Positions 29,795 to 39,757 are shown, counted from the first letter of the stretch. The stretch is DNA of 64,000 nt from Gemmatimonadota bacterium (GCA_963666735.1 OY762926.1:64001-128000); one strand, 5' to 3'. Numbers and translations are program-made. The notes: a model not told the origin generated them from the letters alone.

Positions 29795-30460
29795 GTGAAC
29801 ACGCTCACCCGCTGGTGGGAGGTCTCCCGGCGGGAATTCGGCGCGTGGTTCCGCCGTCCGGCCCACTGGGTTCTGCTCGTGATCCTGGGGCTCATGGCGA
29901 TGGGGCTGTCCGAGGGTCCGTCACGGTGTCCACGGGCAGTACGCGTGGGGCAAGTTCTGCGGGGCGGCGGGCGCGTTCGCGGCCGCGTGGCTGGTCTTCC
30001 TCGTCGTCCTGGACGCGCCGTCCGATCATCGTCTTCGTCTTCCCCATGGCGGCGACCCTCGTGACCCTCACCTTCCTGACCGAGTGGTCGCCCAGCTGGC
30101 TCGCACCGGAGGTCACCCGGCGGCTGATGCTCATCGACCCCTCGGGGTATCGCTGGCTGAACGAGACCTTCCTCGCGGTCGACCGGGGGGTGGAGTTCTA
30201 CAACACGCAGCCGCTGCGGCCCGACGCGGGATTCGTCATCAGCCGGGTGATCGTCGCGCTGCTGGGGCTCGCCGCCGTAACGGCCGCGGTGCGCAGCTAC
30301 GCCCGCAGAATGCTGGTCGGCGGGGTGGAGTTCCGCTTCCTGCGCTTCCTGCGCCGCCGAAAGGGCCGCGCCATCGCTCCGGGCGCCGGGGAGTCCGCCG
30401 AGTTCGAGATCCGGGCGGGCTTCGACCCCGAACGGGTGCTGGTCGACCCGGACGTGCTCG
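29795..30460 (+). pseudogene. Multiply deleted copy of the ABC permease/M1 peptidase gene
   Basis: Four collinear pieces of 24981-28664. 30010-30316 is nearly identical to 25527-25833. Ends with the paralog's C-terminal FDPERVLVDPDVL. Confidence 0.9.
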
Positions 30461-30483
30461 GGCGGAAGGGGACTCCCGCCCAC

Positions 30484-30501
30484 ACGTTCCCGCGGGAACA
30501 T
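30484..30501. repeat. Palindrome copy 4 (one mismatch)
   Basis: ACGTTCCCGCGGGAACAT. Confidence 0.85.
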
Positions 30502-30558
30502 AAGATCACTCCCAGCCGGAAGGCGACGCGGGACTACGAGAGGAGGCGGCCGCCATGA
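30502..30558 (+). pseudogene. C-terminal remnant of a BrnT-like toxin
   Basis: KITPSRKATRDY... resembles the KTIIPSRKAT end of BrnT-like toxins. ATGA overlap with the antitoxin. Confidence 0.5.
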
Positions 30559-30830
30559 ACGATCGACTGAGTCCGGAAGAGCGGGAGATCCTGGAAAGGT
30601 TCGAAAGGGGCGAGTTGCGCCGCGTTGCCGGTGTCGAAGATGAGATGGAAACTGCGCGACAGGCCGCCCCTGCCACGTTCAGAAAGACCCGGCGCGTCAA
30701 TCTTCGGGTCACGGAACGGGATTTCGACCTCGCCCACGCGCGAGCGCGGGAGGAGGGTATCCCGTACCAGACCCTGCTTTCCAGCGTGATCCACAAGTAC
30801 CTGTCCGGCCGCCTGACCGAGACGAGATAG
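30555..30830 (+). CDS. BrnA/CopG-like antitoxin
   Basis: EEREILERFERGE...RVNLRVTERD...AREEGIPYQTLLSSVIHKY. Confidence 0.85.
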   Translation: MNDRLSPEEREILERFERGELRRVAGVEDEMETARQAAPATFRKTRRVNLRVTERDFDLAHARAREEGIPYQTLLSSVIHKYLSGRLTETR

Positions 30831-30876
30831 CTTCGAGCCGTGCCGCGAATCCCTCGGCTCGACTCCCGGCCCCGGG

Positions 30877-31656
30877 TCACGCCCGGTTCCTCCAGCGGGC
30901 CTCGTTGGCGCGGATCGCGTCCCGGACGAACACGGCCAGCCCCTCCCCGCGCTTCTCGAAGTACGCCTCGAAGCGCGGATCGGCCGTGTACATGTCGGCG
31001 ACGTTCCGGTGCATGCCGCGGCTGCACGGATAGAACCAGCGGTCGATGTGGAGCCGGTGCGCCTCGGCCAGGTCCATCGCCGCGCGGCCGGCGGAGGGGG
31101 CGCCCTCGGCCATCAGGTCGGCCAGCCCGGCGACCACCGTCTCGCCCTCTTCGGTGATCCGCGCCCAGTCGGCCTTGCCGTACGCACGGGTCCGTCGCAT
31201 CGACTCCTGGTAGACATCGCTGTGGCCCCAGCGCCGCTCGACCTCCTCCTGGTACCGCTCGTGGTCGAACTCTTCCAGTCCCTCGAACATCTCCGTCCTG
31301 TCCATTTCCGTTTCCTCATCGATCGCCCTCAGGGCGCGGTCGACCCCTCGGATGATGCTGTCGGTTCTCTGCTGCCGCTCCCGGAGCCACTCCCGCTGCG
31401 CCTCGAGCGCGCTCCGCCGGTCGAACGCCGGCGCGTCGAGCAGCCGCCCGATCGCGTCCAGGCTGAACCGCAGCTCGCGCAACAGCCGAATCTGGCGCAG
31501 CCGCTCGAGGTCGTCGTAGGCGTAGAGCCGGTATCCGTTCTCCGCCCGTCCCGACGGAACGAGCAGGCCGATCCGGTCGTAGTGGTGCAGGGTGCGCACC
31601 GTGACGCGGGCCAGCCGGGCGACCTCGCCCACCGTGTGGAGCTGCCGGGTTTCCAT
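30877..31656 (-). CDS. MerR-family regulator, TipA/Mta type
   Basis: VGEVARLARVTVRTLHHYDRIGLL..GYRLY; TipAS domain YQEEVERRWG...HIDRWFYPCS...YTADPRF. Start 31656 chosen from promoter geometry. Confidence 0.92.
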   Translation of the reverse strand: METRQLHTVGEVARLARVTVRTLHHYDRIGLLVPSGRAENGYRLYAYDDLERLRQIRLLRELRFSLDAIGRLLDAPAFDRRSALEAQREWLRERQQRTDSIIRGVDRALRAIDEETEMDRTEMFEGLEEFDHERYQEEVERRWGHSDVYQESMRRTRAYGKADWARITEEGETVVAGLADLMAEGAPSAGRAAMDLAEAHRLHIDRWFYPCSRGMHRNVADMYTADPRFEAYFEKRGEGLAVFVRDAIRANEARWRNRA

Positions 31657-31663
31657 GCGCGCC

Positions 31664-31694
31664 ATGGTAAACCCTGACGTTACGTCAGGGTCAA
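31664..31694 (-). promoter_or_regulatory. MerR-type promoter/operator
   Basis: TTGACC - 19-nt spacer - TACCAT, with dyad ACCCTGACGT-N-ACGTCAGGGT (31671-31691). Confidence 0.85.
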
Positions 31695-31888
31695 GGGTGC
31701 GAGATCGTGATCATATTAGAGACATGCCAAATGGATATATGGACACGCTAGCGATATCTTGTGTCGCTTCGCCGGGCACCCGAAATCGCAGGACGAGAAG
31801 ACATGGAGAGATCCCGAGTTGGACCGAGACGGGCTCCCCCGGCATGCGATGGAAGAACTCTCGGGGCGGACAGGGCGCGCGGCGGCAA

Positions 31889-32893
31889 GTGAGCGACAAG
31901 GCAACCGTCCAGGCGGAGTTGCTCGAGGGCGTCGCCCGCTCTTTCGCGGTCACCACGGCGCAGCTTCCGGACCCGCTGCGCCACCTCGTCGGCAACGTCT
32001 ACCTGCTGTGCCGCATCGCCGACACCATCGAAGACGAGCCGACGCTCTCCGCAGCGCAGAAACGGGCGTTCTCGGCCCACTTCGTCGAGGTCGTGGCCGG
32101 TCGGCGAGCTGCCGCCTCCTTCGCAAGCGACCTTGGCCCGCGGCTGTCGGCAGCCACGACCGAGGGCGAACGCACCCTTGTCGCCAGGACGGCCGAGGTC
32201 GTGCGAATCACCCGTGAATTCCACGCGGCGCAGCGGCGGCTGCTTGAGCGCTGCGTGCGCCTTCTGTCGAGCGGCATGATGGAGTTCCAGGAGCGAGCGA
32301 CTCCCGACGGATTGAGGGATTTGGCGGACCTGGACCGCTACTGCTACCACGTCGCCGGCGTCGTCGGAGAGACGCTGACGGAGTTGTTCTGCGAATACTC
32401 CCCGCGGGTCGCGGCACGGCGCGCCGATCTCTTCGCCCTGGCGGTGTCCCACAGCCAGGGACTGCAGATGATCAACATCCTCAAGGATGTGTGGGAGGAC
32501 CAGCGCCGCGGCGTGTGCTGGCTGCCTCGAGATCTGCTGCTGGCTCACGGCGTGGACCCGCGCGCGATGCGGGCCGGGGAAGCCGGCGAGGGTTTCGTCG
32601 ATGCGCTGTCCGAACTCATGGCGATCACGCGACGGCATCTCGCGAACGGCGTCCGGTACGTTACGACTCTCCCCCCTTCCGAGACCGGGATCCGCCGGTC
32701 CTGTCTCTGGGCGCTCGGCCTCGCCGTGCTGACCCTGCGGCGCATCCACCGCAATCCTGCGTTCACCTGCGGCGATCAGGTCAAGGTGTCGCGCCGGGGC
32801 GTGCGCGCGGTGGTGGTCGTCACCAGCGTCGCGGCCCGGTCCAACTTCGCGCTGAAACTGCTGTTCAGGGCGTTGACACGCGGGTTGCCGTGA
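31889..32893 (+). CDS. Squalene/phytoene synthase family protein 1
   Basis: VARSFA, YLLCRIADTIEDE, YCYHVAGVVG, GLQMINILKDVWED, CWLP. Start uncertain. Confidence 0.9.
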   Translation: MSDKATVQAELLEGVARSFAVTTAQLPDPLRHLVGNVYLLCRIADTIEDEPTLSAAQKRAFSAHFVEVVAGRRAAASFASDLGPRLSAATTEGERTLVARTAEVVRITREFHAAQRRLLERCVRLLSSGMMEFQERATPDGLRDLADLDRYCYHVAGVVGETLTELFCEYSPRVAARRADLFALAVSHSQGLQMINILKDVWEDQRRGVCWLPRDLLLAHGVDPRAMRAGEAGEGFVDALSELMAITRRHLANGVRYVTTLPPSETGIRRSCLWALGLAVLTLRRIHRNPAFTCGDQVKVSRRGVRAVVVVTSVAARSNFALKLLFRALTRGLP

Positions 32894-33912
32894 TGACCGC
32901 GACCGGAACGCACTTCGCGTTTCAATCCGCCATGCTCAAGCGCGTGTCTCAAACTTACGCGCTCACGATCCCCCGGCTGCCGGACGGACTGCGGGAGGTG
33001 GTCACGAACGCCTACCTGCTGTGCCGGATCGCGGACACGATCGAGGACGAACCGGCCCTGTCCTCATCGGCCATGCAGGAGTTTCTGGAGTGTTTTCTCG
33101 AAGTGGTCGAGGGGCGGGCGGAGGCGGAGCCGTTCGCTCGGAAACTCGCCGCTTGCCTTTCCCCCGCAACCACCGCGGCCGGCGAGCACGATCTGGTGGC
33201 GGAGACGGCGCGCCTGGTCCGCATCACGCACGGCTTCCGCCCGCCCCAGCGGCGCGCCATCGAGCGCTGCCTCGCGGTCATGTCGGATGGCATGGTGAAG
33301 TTTCGGCCTTTCGCCGCCAATGGAGGGCTCGAGGACATGGGCCACCTCGACAGCTACTGCTACCACGTCGCCGGCGTCGTGGCCGAGATGCTCGCCGATC
33401 TCTATTGCGACCATTCTCCGGAGATCGAGACGCGGCGCGACGAGCTCTCTGCGCTCGCGGTCTCCTACGGGCAGGGACTGCAAATGACGAACATCCTCAA
33501 GGACGTGTGGGAAGACTACCGGAGGGGCGTCTGCTGGCTGCCCGGCGACGTCTTCCGCGCCGCCGGCGTGAACCTGCGCGAGCTGGCTGCCGAACGGGGC
33601 GAACCCGGCTTCGCGAGGGGGCTCGACGAACTCGTTGCCGTGACACGCGGGCACCTGGACAGGGGGCTGCGCTTCATCCTCGTCATTCCCGCGGGGGAGA
33701 TCGAGATCCGCCGACACATGCTGAGCACGCTGGGCCTCGCGGTCCTCACGCTGCGCCAGGTGCACTTCAGCCGGCGCTTCCGGGCCGCGGGAGAGATCAG
33801 GCTCTCGCCGCTCGCTGTCCGAGCGATGTTCGCCGCCGCCAGCGCCTTCGCGCGCTCCGATGCCGGGCTCCGGGCGTGCTTCAACGGCCTCACCCGCCGC
33901 CTCCCCTCTTGA
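32893..33912 (+). CDS. Squalene/phytoene synthase family protein 2
   Basis: VSQTYALTI, YLLCRIADTIEDE, YCYHVAGVVA, GLQMTNILKDVWED. TGATG overlap with protein 1. Confidence 0.9.
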   Translation: MTATGTHFAFQSAMLKRVSQTYALTIPRLPDGLREVVTNAYLLCRIADTIEDEPALSSSAMQEFLECFLEVVEGRAEAEPFARKLAACLSPATTAAGEHDLVAETARLVRITHGFRPPQRRAIERCLAVMSDGMVKFRPFAANGGLEDMGHLDSYCYHVAGVVAEMLADLYCDHSPEIETRRDELSALAVSYGQGLQMTNILKDVWEDYRRGVCWLPGDVFRAAGVNLRELAAERGEPGFARGLDELVAVTRGHLDRGLRFILVIPAGEIEIRRHMLSTLGLAVLTLRQVHFSRRFRAAGEIRLSPLAVRAMFAAASAFARSDAGLRACFNGLTRRLPS

Positions 33913-33922
33913 TTCCAGGTAG

Positions 33923-35380
33923 TCACGCAGCCGGTTCCGCACCCGCCGCCGATCCCGGTGACCGGTCCCGCACGGTGGCGACCCAGGAACCCTTGACGCC
34001 GACGGCAGTGTCGTTGCGCTTCGGAGGCCTGGTCGATTGCGGCTCGAAGCGCAGGCGCTGCATGAACGTCGCCATCCCCAGCACGAACAGCCGTGTCGCG
34101 ACATCCGCGCCGCGGCATACGTGGGCACCGAGGCCGAAGGGAATGTAGGCGTGCCCGGGAACCCGCGGCGGCCCCGGCGGCGGATCCTCCAACCACCGTT
34201 CCGGCCTGAATTCCTCCGGGTCGTCCCAGTGCTCCGGCCTGTGATGAAGCACGCGCATGGCGACATGGGCGAGCGTGCTCTTGGGAATCAGGTATCCGCC
34301 CACCACGCAGTCCCGCCTCGCCTCCTTCGGCAACAGGACGTGGGTCGGCGGCTCCAGGCGAAGTACCTCCGAGAGGACGGCCTGCATATACGGCAGCCCG
34401 TGGAAATCCCCGGGCCCCACCGGCCTGTCGCCGATAACCTCGTCGATTTCCCGCTCCAGCCGGTCTCGAACCCGCGGATGACGGGCGATCAGATGAATGC
34501 CGAACACCAGCACGGCCGCCGGCGCGTCGACGAAGGCGGTCAGAAGAACGAACATCTCGTCCCGGATGGCCCGATCATGGTCCAGAACCCAGTCGATGTC
34601 CTCCCGGTCCCGGGCCCGAATGTAGTGTGAGATCACATCGTCGCCGGCATGGGACGGATCGCGGGCCCTCTCCATGGCGCCGTAGATGACCTCGTCGAAC
34701 GCCTTGTTGCTCTCATACCCGCGCCGGAACACGGGCAGCGGCAGCTTCTTGAGCAGCTGGCCCAAGGGGAGCATGTTCTGCAAGATGACCGCCTTCTGGA
34801 AGTTGAGCAGATCTTCGCCGATGCGCCGGGGAATCACCACATCGCGTCCAACGATGATGGCCACCAGCGCAGCCCAGGTGTAGCGCTCCATCTCCTTCAC
34901 GACATCGAAGACCGGTCCGGGCCGGCATCGGTCATGCAGGTCGCGGGCCTTCGCGAGAATCGACTCGGCGTAGGTCTCGACGCGCTCGTCGGAAAAGGCC
35001 CCCCCCATGAGTTCGCTTCGTTGCCGGTGTTCCTCCCCGTCAGCCAGGGGCAGGGCGGCGTAGCGGCATCCGGGCGCCTCGAGGAATTGATCCAGTGCCC
35101 CCGGAAACCACGGCGGAAAGGAGGGCTGCTGCGTGACGAGGATCTCCCGAACGAGATCGGCGCTGAACACGGCGCAGCACTTCATGAACGGAAGTTCGTA
35201 GGAAACGATATCTCCGTACTCTTCCTGAAGCCGCTCCATGAACTCGGGATAACGGGTCGTTCGCTCGTAGAGGTTGCGGAGCCGCTGTCCTTTCGGGCCC
35301 GGCGGAAGTTCGCACCGCGTTGCCACGGACTGCTGCCGCGCGGTGGGCGGAGTATCTGTGTGCGGGCAGTCGTCATGCAT
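33923..35380 (-). CDS. Cytochrome P450 with atypical I-helix
   Basis: PPGPKG, EVLR (ExxR), FRPERW, PFGLGAHVCRG heme cysteine. Confidence 0.92.
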   Translation of the reverse strand: MHDDCPHTDTPPTARQQSVATRCELPPGPKGQRLRNLYERTTRYPEFMERLQEEYGDIVSYELPFMKCCAVFSADLVREILVTQQPSFPPWFPGALDQFLEAPGCRYAALPLADGEEHRQRSELMGGAFSDERVETYAESILAKARDLHDRCRPGPVFDVVKEMERYTWAALVAIIVGRDVVIPRRIGEDLLNFQKAVILQNMLPLGQLLKKLPLPVFRRGYESNKAFDEVIYGAMERARDPSHAGDDVISHYIRARDREDIDWVLDHDRAIRDEMFVLLTAFVDAPAAVLVFGIHLIARHPRVRDRLEREIDEVIGDRPVGPGDFHGLPYMQAVLSEVLRLEPPTHVLLPKEARRDCVVGGYLIPKSTLAHVAMRVLHHRPEHWDDPEEFRPERWLEDPPPGPPRVPGHAYIPFGLGAHVCRGADVATRLFVLGMATFMQRLRFEPQSTRPPKRNDTAVGVKGSWVATVRDRSPGSAAGAEPAA

Positions 35381-38300
35381 GGGAAGGCTCCTGTCGTGGC
35401 GGCAGCGACGCGTGGCCGACAAGGCGGTGATACACGATCGTCAGGGCCGGCACGAGCAACATCAGCACCGCAGTGGCGAAGACGATGCCGAATCCCATCG
35501 ACACGCCGACCGGTACCAGCACCTGCGCTTGAATGCCCTGCTCGAAGGTGAGCGGGGCAAGGCCGAGGAAGGTCGTCACCGACGTCAGGAAGATCGGACG
35601 GAAACGTCCCTTTGCCCCCTCGACGATCGCCTCCCGGATGGGCACTCCGGCTCCGATGCGCCCGTCAATGAAATCCATCATCACGAGCGAGTCGTTCACG
35701 ACGATGCCGGCGAGTCCCAGCATCCCCATGAAGGACATGAAGGTCAGATCGAGGCCCATCACCACGTGCCCGAGGATGGCTCCCATGACCCCGAGCGGGA
35801 TGACGGCCATGACGATCAGCGGCTTCGCGTACGATCCGAGGGAGATGGCGAGCAGCACATAGATCAGCACCAGAGCGATCACGAACCCGCGGCCCAGCGA
35901 GTCGAACGACTCGACGGCCTCCTGGCCGCGGCCGCCGAATCTGTAGCCGAGGCCGGGGTTTGTGTTCGCGAGCTCCGGAATGATGCGGGCCTCCAGAAAA
36001 TCCCTGGCCTCCTCGCCCGAGATCACGCCTGCGTCGACGTCCGCGGTGACGGACACGGTACGGCGACCGTCCTGCCGAAAAATCCTCGCGGGAGAGTTCG
36101 CCAGGCGTACGCTCGCGACCCGGCCCAGCGGCAGCGTCGCCCCGCCCGGCGTTCGGATCAGGTACCCCTCGACATCGGCAATGCTGTTCCGTTCCTCCTC
36201 GGGGAGGCGCACGTACACGCGCACAGCCTCGCGCCCGCGCTGCACGCGAAGGGCTTCCGCGCCGAAGAACGCCGAACGCACCTGCCGGGCCAGTCCGTCG
36301 AGCGTGACGCCCAGCGTTCGTGCCTCCGGCCGCAGCTCGAGCCGGATCTCCCGCAAGCCGCCGGACCGGTTCGACTGGACGTTGAAGACACCGTCCACGT
36401 TCTTGAGGCGTTCCTCCACGGCCTCGCTGATCGGACCGAGACGGCCGGGATCTTCGTGGGACAGCTCGGCATGGATGGGTCGGCCGAAGTTGATTAGGTT
36501 GCTCGTGAAGGTGAGGCCGCGCGCTTCGGGTACGACGCCGGTCTCCTCCCGCCACGCCGCCTGAAAAGCGGCCGCCGGGATGTCCCGCTGCCCCGCCGAC
36601 AGCAGCTTGAACTCGACGGTGGCGATGTGCGACTGCGGATCCAACCCCGGCTCGAGGAAGAAGCCTCCCAGCTCCTGCCGGGCCTCCAGTCCGACCGTCG
36701 AGGTGACCCCGGCGAGCAGGGGAGGCGAGTCCGCCGACCGGCCTGCCGACAGTCCGTCGATGGCTCGCCGGCCCGCGGCCTCGATTTCCCTCGCCACCTC
36801 GTTCGTTCGTCTGGCGGGGGTTCCCTCGGACATCTCCAGGCGTGCCGTCACGAGGTCCCCCTCGACCGGCTGATCGATCGTCACGTCAACGACGCCCGCC
36901 GGTATCAGGGCCACGCAGAGGGCGAGCGCCCCGACAACGCCCGCGATCAGGATCCCGGGCCGACGAATGGCGATCCTCAGCCACCGGTCGAGAGGGCCGC
37001 CGATGAACCGCGTGGTCCCCCGGTCGATACGAGCCTGGATCGAACCGAAGAATTGCTCCAGCGGGTTGGTCGGGGTCCTGCCGGGGTCCGGAAGGTGGGA
37101 CAAGTGCCTCGGAAGGATGAGCATGCTGTCTACAAGCGAGAGCGCCAGCACGGAGATCAATATGATCGGAAGCGGTCGGATAATGTCTCCCTGGAACCCC
37201 GGAATGAAGAGGAGAGGCGAGAAGGCGACCATGGTAGTCAGAACGCCGAAGATCAGCGGCCTCGTGACCCGTCTCGTGCCGCGGATGGCGGCGATCGTTC
37301 CCGGCCTGTTGCGCTGGCGTTCCAGGAAGATGCTCTCGGAGACGACCACCGCATCGTCGACCACGATGCCGATCACGATCACGACGGCGAACATCGAGAA
37401 CGAGTTGATCGAGAGGTCGAGGAGGAGCATCGTGGCCAGGGTGCCCACGACGGAGACGGCAAGTCCCGCGGCCACCCATACGGCAAGCCGGACCTGGAGA
37501 AAGAGGGTCAGCGACAGGAGTACCAGCATGAGGCCGAGGAGGCCGTTCTCAAGCAGGACGTCCCGCCGCTCCTCGTACACGTCCGCGTCGTTGTTCCAGA
37601 CGGTGATTCCCACTCCGGCGGGGAGCGACGGAATCACATTGCGCTCCAGGTGTTGCTCCACGGCGCGCGCAATGTCCAGCACTTTTTCGTCGGCGGTCCG
37701 GTACACCTCCACGAAGGCTGCCGGCCGTCCGTTGTGGCGAACGATCAGCGCCGCGTCCCGGAAACCGTCCCGTACCTCGGAGATGTCGTCCAGCCGCACC
37801 GTGGTTCCGTCGTCCCCGCCGAGTACGATGATATCCTCGAAGTCCCCCTGGTCGTAGTTTCGGCCCACGGTTCGGACCAGGACTTCGGCCTCCCGGGTCT
37901 CCACGCTGCCCGCCGACAACTCCAGTGACCCGTTCCGCACCGCGTCGGCGATCTCTTCCAGGGTGAGCCCCAGCGCCTGCAGCCGGTCGAGGCGCACCTC
38001 GATGGAGATCTCATAGTCGCGCACGCCGCTGGTCTCCACGTAGGAAACGACGTCAAGCGAGGCGAGTTCGTCCTCGGTGCGGTAGGCAAGTTCCTTCAGC
38101 GCGCGCTCGGGTATGTCCCCATGGATGATCAGACGCATCAGGCTCTGCCGGTTCGTCATCCGCCTGATCGCCGGACGCTCGGCGCCGGCCGGGAAGGACG
38201 GGATCCGGGCCACGACGGCCTCGATATCGTCCAACCCCCGCCCCATGTCCGCGCCCGGTCTCATTTCGACCATCACGGAGGCTCGCCCGCGCGCGGCGAT

Positions 38301-38576
38301 CGCGACGACATCCGCCACGGCTTCGATCGTCGCGAGATGCTCTTCGATCTTTGCGACGATGGACTCCTCCACCTCCTCGGGCGCGGCGCCCGGGTAGGGT
38401 ACGGAGATCTCAATGACGTTGTAGGAGAGTGCCGGGAACGCTTCCTGCACGAGTCCGGTCAGGGACACGAGTCCCGCCGCCGCGATGAAGAGCATCAGAA
38501 GATTGGCGGCGACCCCGTTGCGCACCATGAAGGCGACCGGCCCCCGGGGTTCTTTCTGCCCGCCGCTCGCTACCAT
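35373..38576 (-). CDS. RND (AcrB-like) transporter permease
   Basis: 1067 aa; IGIVVDDAVVV, GIVVNDS, RFRPIFLTSVTT; two periplasmic loops. Confidence 0.93.
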   Translation of the reverse strand: MVASGGQKEPRGPVAFMVRNGVAANLLMLFIAAAGLVSLTGLVQEAFPALSYNVIEISVPYPGAAPEEVEESIVAKIEEHLATIEAVADVVAIAARGRASVMVEMRPGADMGRGLDDIEAVVARIPSFPAGAERPAIRRMTNRQSLMRLIIHGDIPERALKELAYRTEDELASLDVVSYVETSGVRDYEISIEVRLDRLQALGLTLEEIADAVRNGSLELSAGSVETREAEVLVRTVGRNYDQGDFEDIIVLGGDDGTTVRLDDISEVRDGFRDAALIVRHNGRPAAFVEVYRTADEKVLDIARAVEQHLERNVIPSLPAGVGITVWNNDADVYEERRDVLLENGLLGLMLVLLSLTLFLQVRLAVWVAAGLAVSVVGTLATMLLLDLSINSFSMFAVVIVIGIVVDDAVVVSESIFLERQRNRPGTIAAIRGTRRVTRPLIFGVLTTMVAFSPLLFIPGFQGDIIRPLPIILISVLALSLVDSMLILPRHLSHLPDPGRTPTNPLEQFFGSIQARIDRGTTRFIGGPLDRWLRIAIRRPGILIAGVVGALALCVALIPAGVVDVTIDQPVEGDLVTARLEMSEGTPARRTNEVAREIEAAGRRAIDGLSAGRSADSPPLLAGVTSTVGLEARQELGGFFLEPGLDPQSHIATVEFKLLSAGQRDIPAAAFQAAWREETGVVPEARGLTFTSNLINFGRPIHAELSHEDPGRLGPISEAVEERLKNVDGVFNVQSNRSGGLREIRLELRPEARTLGVTLDGLARQVRSAFFGAEALRVQRGREAVRVYVRLPEEERNSIADVEGYLIRTPGGATLPLGRVASVRLANSPARIFRQDGRRTVSVTADVDAGVISGEEARDFLEARIIPELANTNPGLGYRFGGRGQEAVESFDSLGRGFVIALVLIYVLLAISLGSYAKPLIVMAVIPLGVMGAILGHVVMGLDLTFMSFMGMLGLAGIVVNDSLVMMDFIDGRIGAGVPIREAIVEGAKGRFRPIFLTSVTTFLGLAPLTFEQGIQAQVLVPVGVSMGFGIVFATAVLMLLVPALTIVYHRLVGHASLPPRQEPSHA

Positions 38577-39748
38577 TCCTTGGATTCTTCGTCGATGACG
38601 GTGTCGGGAAGGTTGTACGAATGACCCAGGTTGCCCAGGTCCGTGACGAAGAGCAGTTGCGAAAACCGCCCCACCGATACGCGATATCGCAAGGGCCGGA
38701 GGAATTTCGACGCGCGGCGCCGGAGGCGATTCTGCAGCCGGATAATGGGCACGATCCTGAACCGTTTCGCTTCCGGGAACCTCAGTACATCGGCCAGTTC
38801 ATCGCCAATGAGCTCCCTGGACATCTGATAGTAGTGAGCCGCATGCTTGCGGCGCCTGCTTCGTTCCGTATGCCCAAGTATGATCGGCGTACTGTTGATG
38901 ATACTGTTCGAGAGGATAATCGAATCCTCATCCGGCGTAGGCTCGCACGTCGTTGCGATATTGAAGGAGTGGAGGGCCGATGCCATGTCTTCGAACAGTA
39001 TGGAGTTCGGGACTCCCATGGTGAGCGCCGTGTACCGCCACACATGAACGTAGGCCTCGCGCTCTTCATCGGTGAAGGAGCCGCCGAGACTTTCAACATG
39101 GTGCAGGAGCCGCGCGCTGAAGGCGGCAGCGCCCAGGAGCATGTGGGATGCACTCAGGGGCGTGCCGTAAGTGGGCTCGTCCCAGTCCTCGGAGGTGCGG
39201 ATCAGAGCCCGCGACTGCGCATGCACCAGCCGAATCCGGAGGGACAGCCTCCACGCATCGCCGCCAGGCTCGACGCCGCCCGGGATATACTGTTCCATCA
39301 GCTGGAGGAGATTCTGCTTGAGGCGGCGCACGCCGTTGTTGACCAGGCGGCTCCTGATACGGAACGACTTGCTGATCAGGGTGGTGAAGCCCTCGACGAT
39401 GGCCGCGGTCGAAAGGGCCGCCATGACGATATCGGAATTCCGCAGAAAGGCGCGCGACGCGACCGTGGCCGATCTCCGGCTGTACCAGTCCGGGACGACG
39501 GCGGCCTCCGCGATCAACCTGCGAAGGGACTCGGGGGCTGCGCGCGGCGGGTCCCTGTGATTCCGAAGTGCGGCGGCGATCAGCCGGTGTTCCTGGCCTG
39601 CCTTCACGGCCGCGGCCAGATCCGCGACCGCGGCATCCGCGGCCGGATCCCCGAACGTGGTGTGACGAATGTAGGTGTCCGCAACGTCCGGATCCATCTT
39701 CCGGGCCGCGTCGTATCCGTCTGCGTAGCAGGAAGGCACCCGCATCAC
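38570..39748 (-). CDS. MpaB/Lcp (rubber oxygenase-like, DUF2236) family heme oxygenase
   Basis: GDPAADAAV, VPDW, RIRLVHAQSR (conserved R/H), WDEPTYGTPLS, YVHVWRY..MGVP. Confidence 0.8.
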   Translation of the reverse strand: MMRVPSCYADGYDAARKMDPDVADTYIRHTTFGDPAADAAVADLAAAVKAGQEHRLIAAALRNHRDPPRAAPESLRRLIAEAAVVPDWYSRRSATVASRAFLRNSDIVMAALSTAAIVEGFTTLISKSFRIRSRLVNNGVRRLKQNLLQLMEQYIPGGVEPGGDAWRLSLRIRLVHAQSRALIRTSEDWDEPTYGTPLSASHMLLGAAAFSARLLHHVESLGGSFTDEEREAYVHVWRYTALTMGVPNSILFEDMASALHSFNIATTCEPTPDEDSIILSNSIINSTPIILGHTERSRRRKHAAHYYQMSRELIGDELADVLRFPEAKRFRIVPIIRLQNRLRRRASKFLRPLRYRVSVGRFSQLLFVTDLGNLGHSYNLPDTVIDEESKEW

Positions 39749-39757
39749 GATGCCGGC

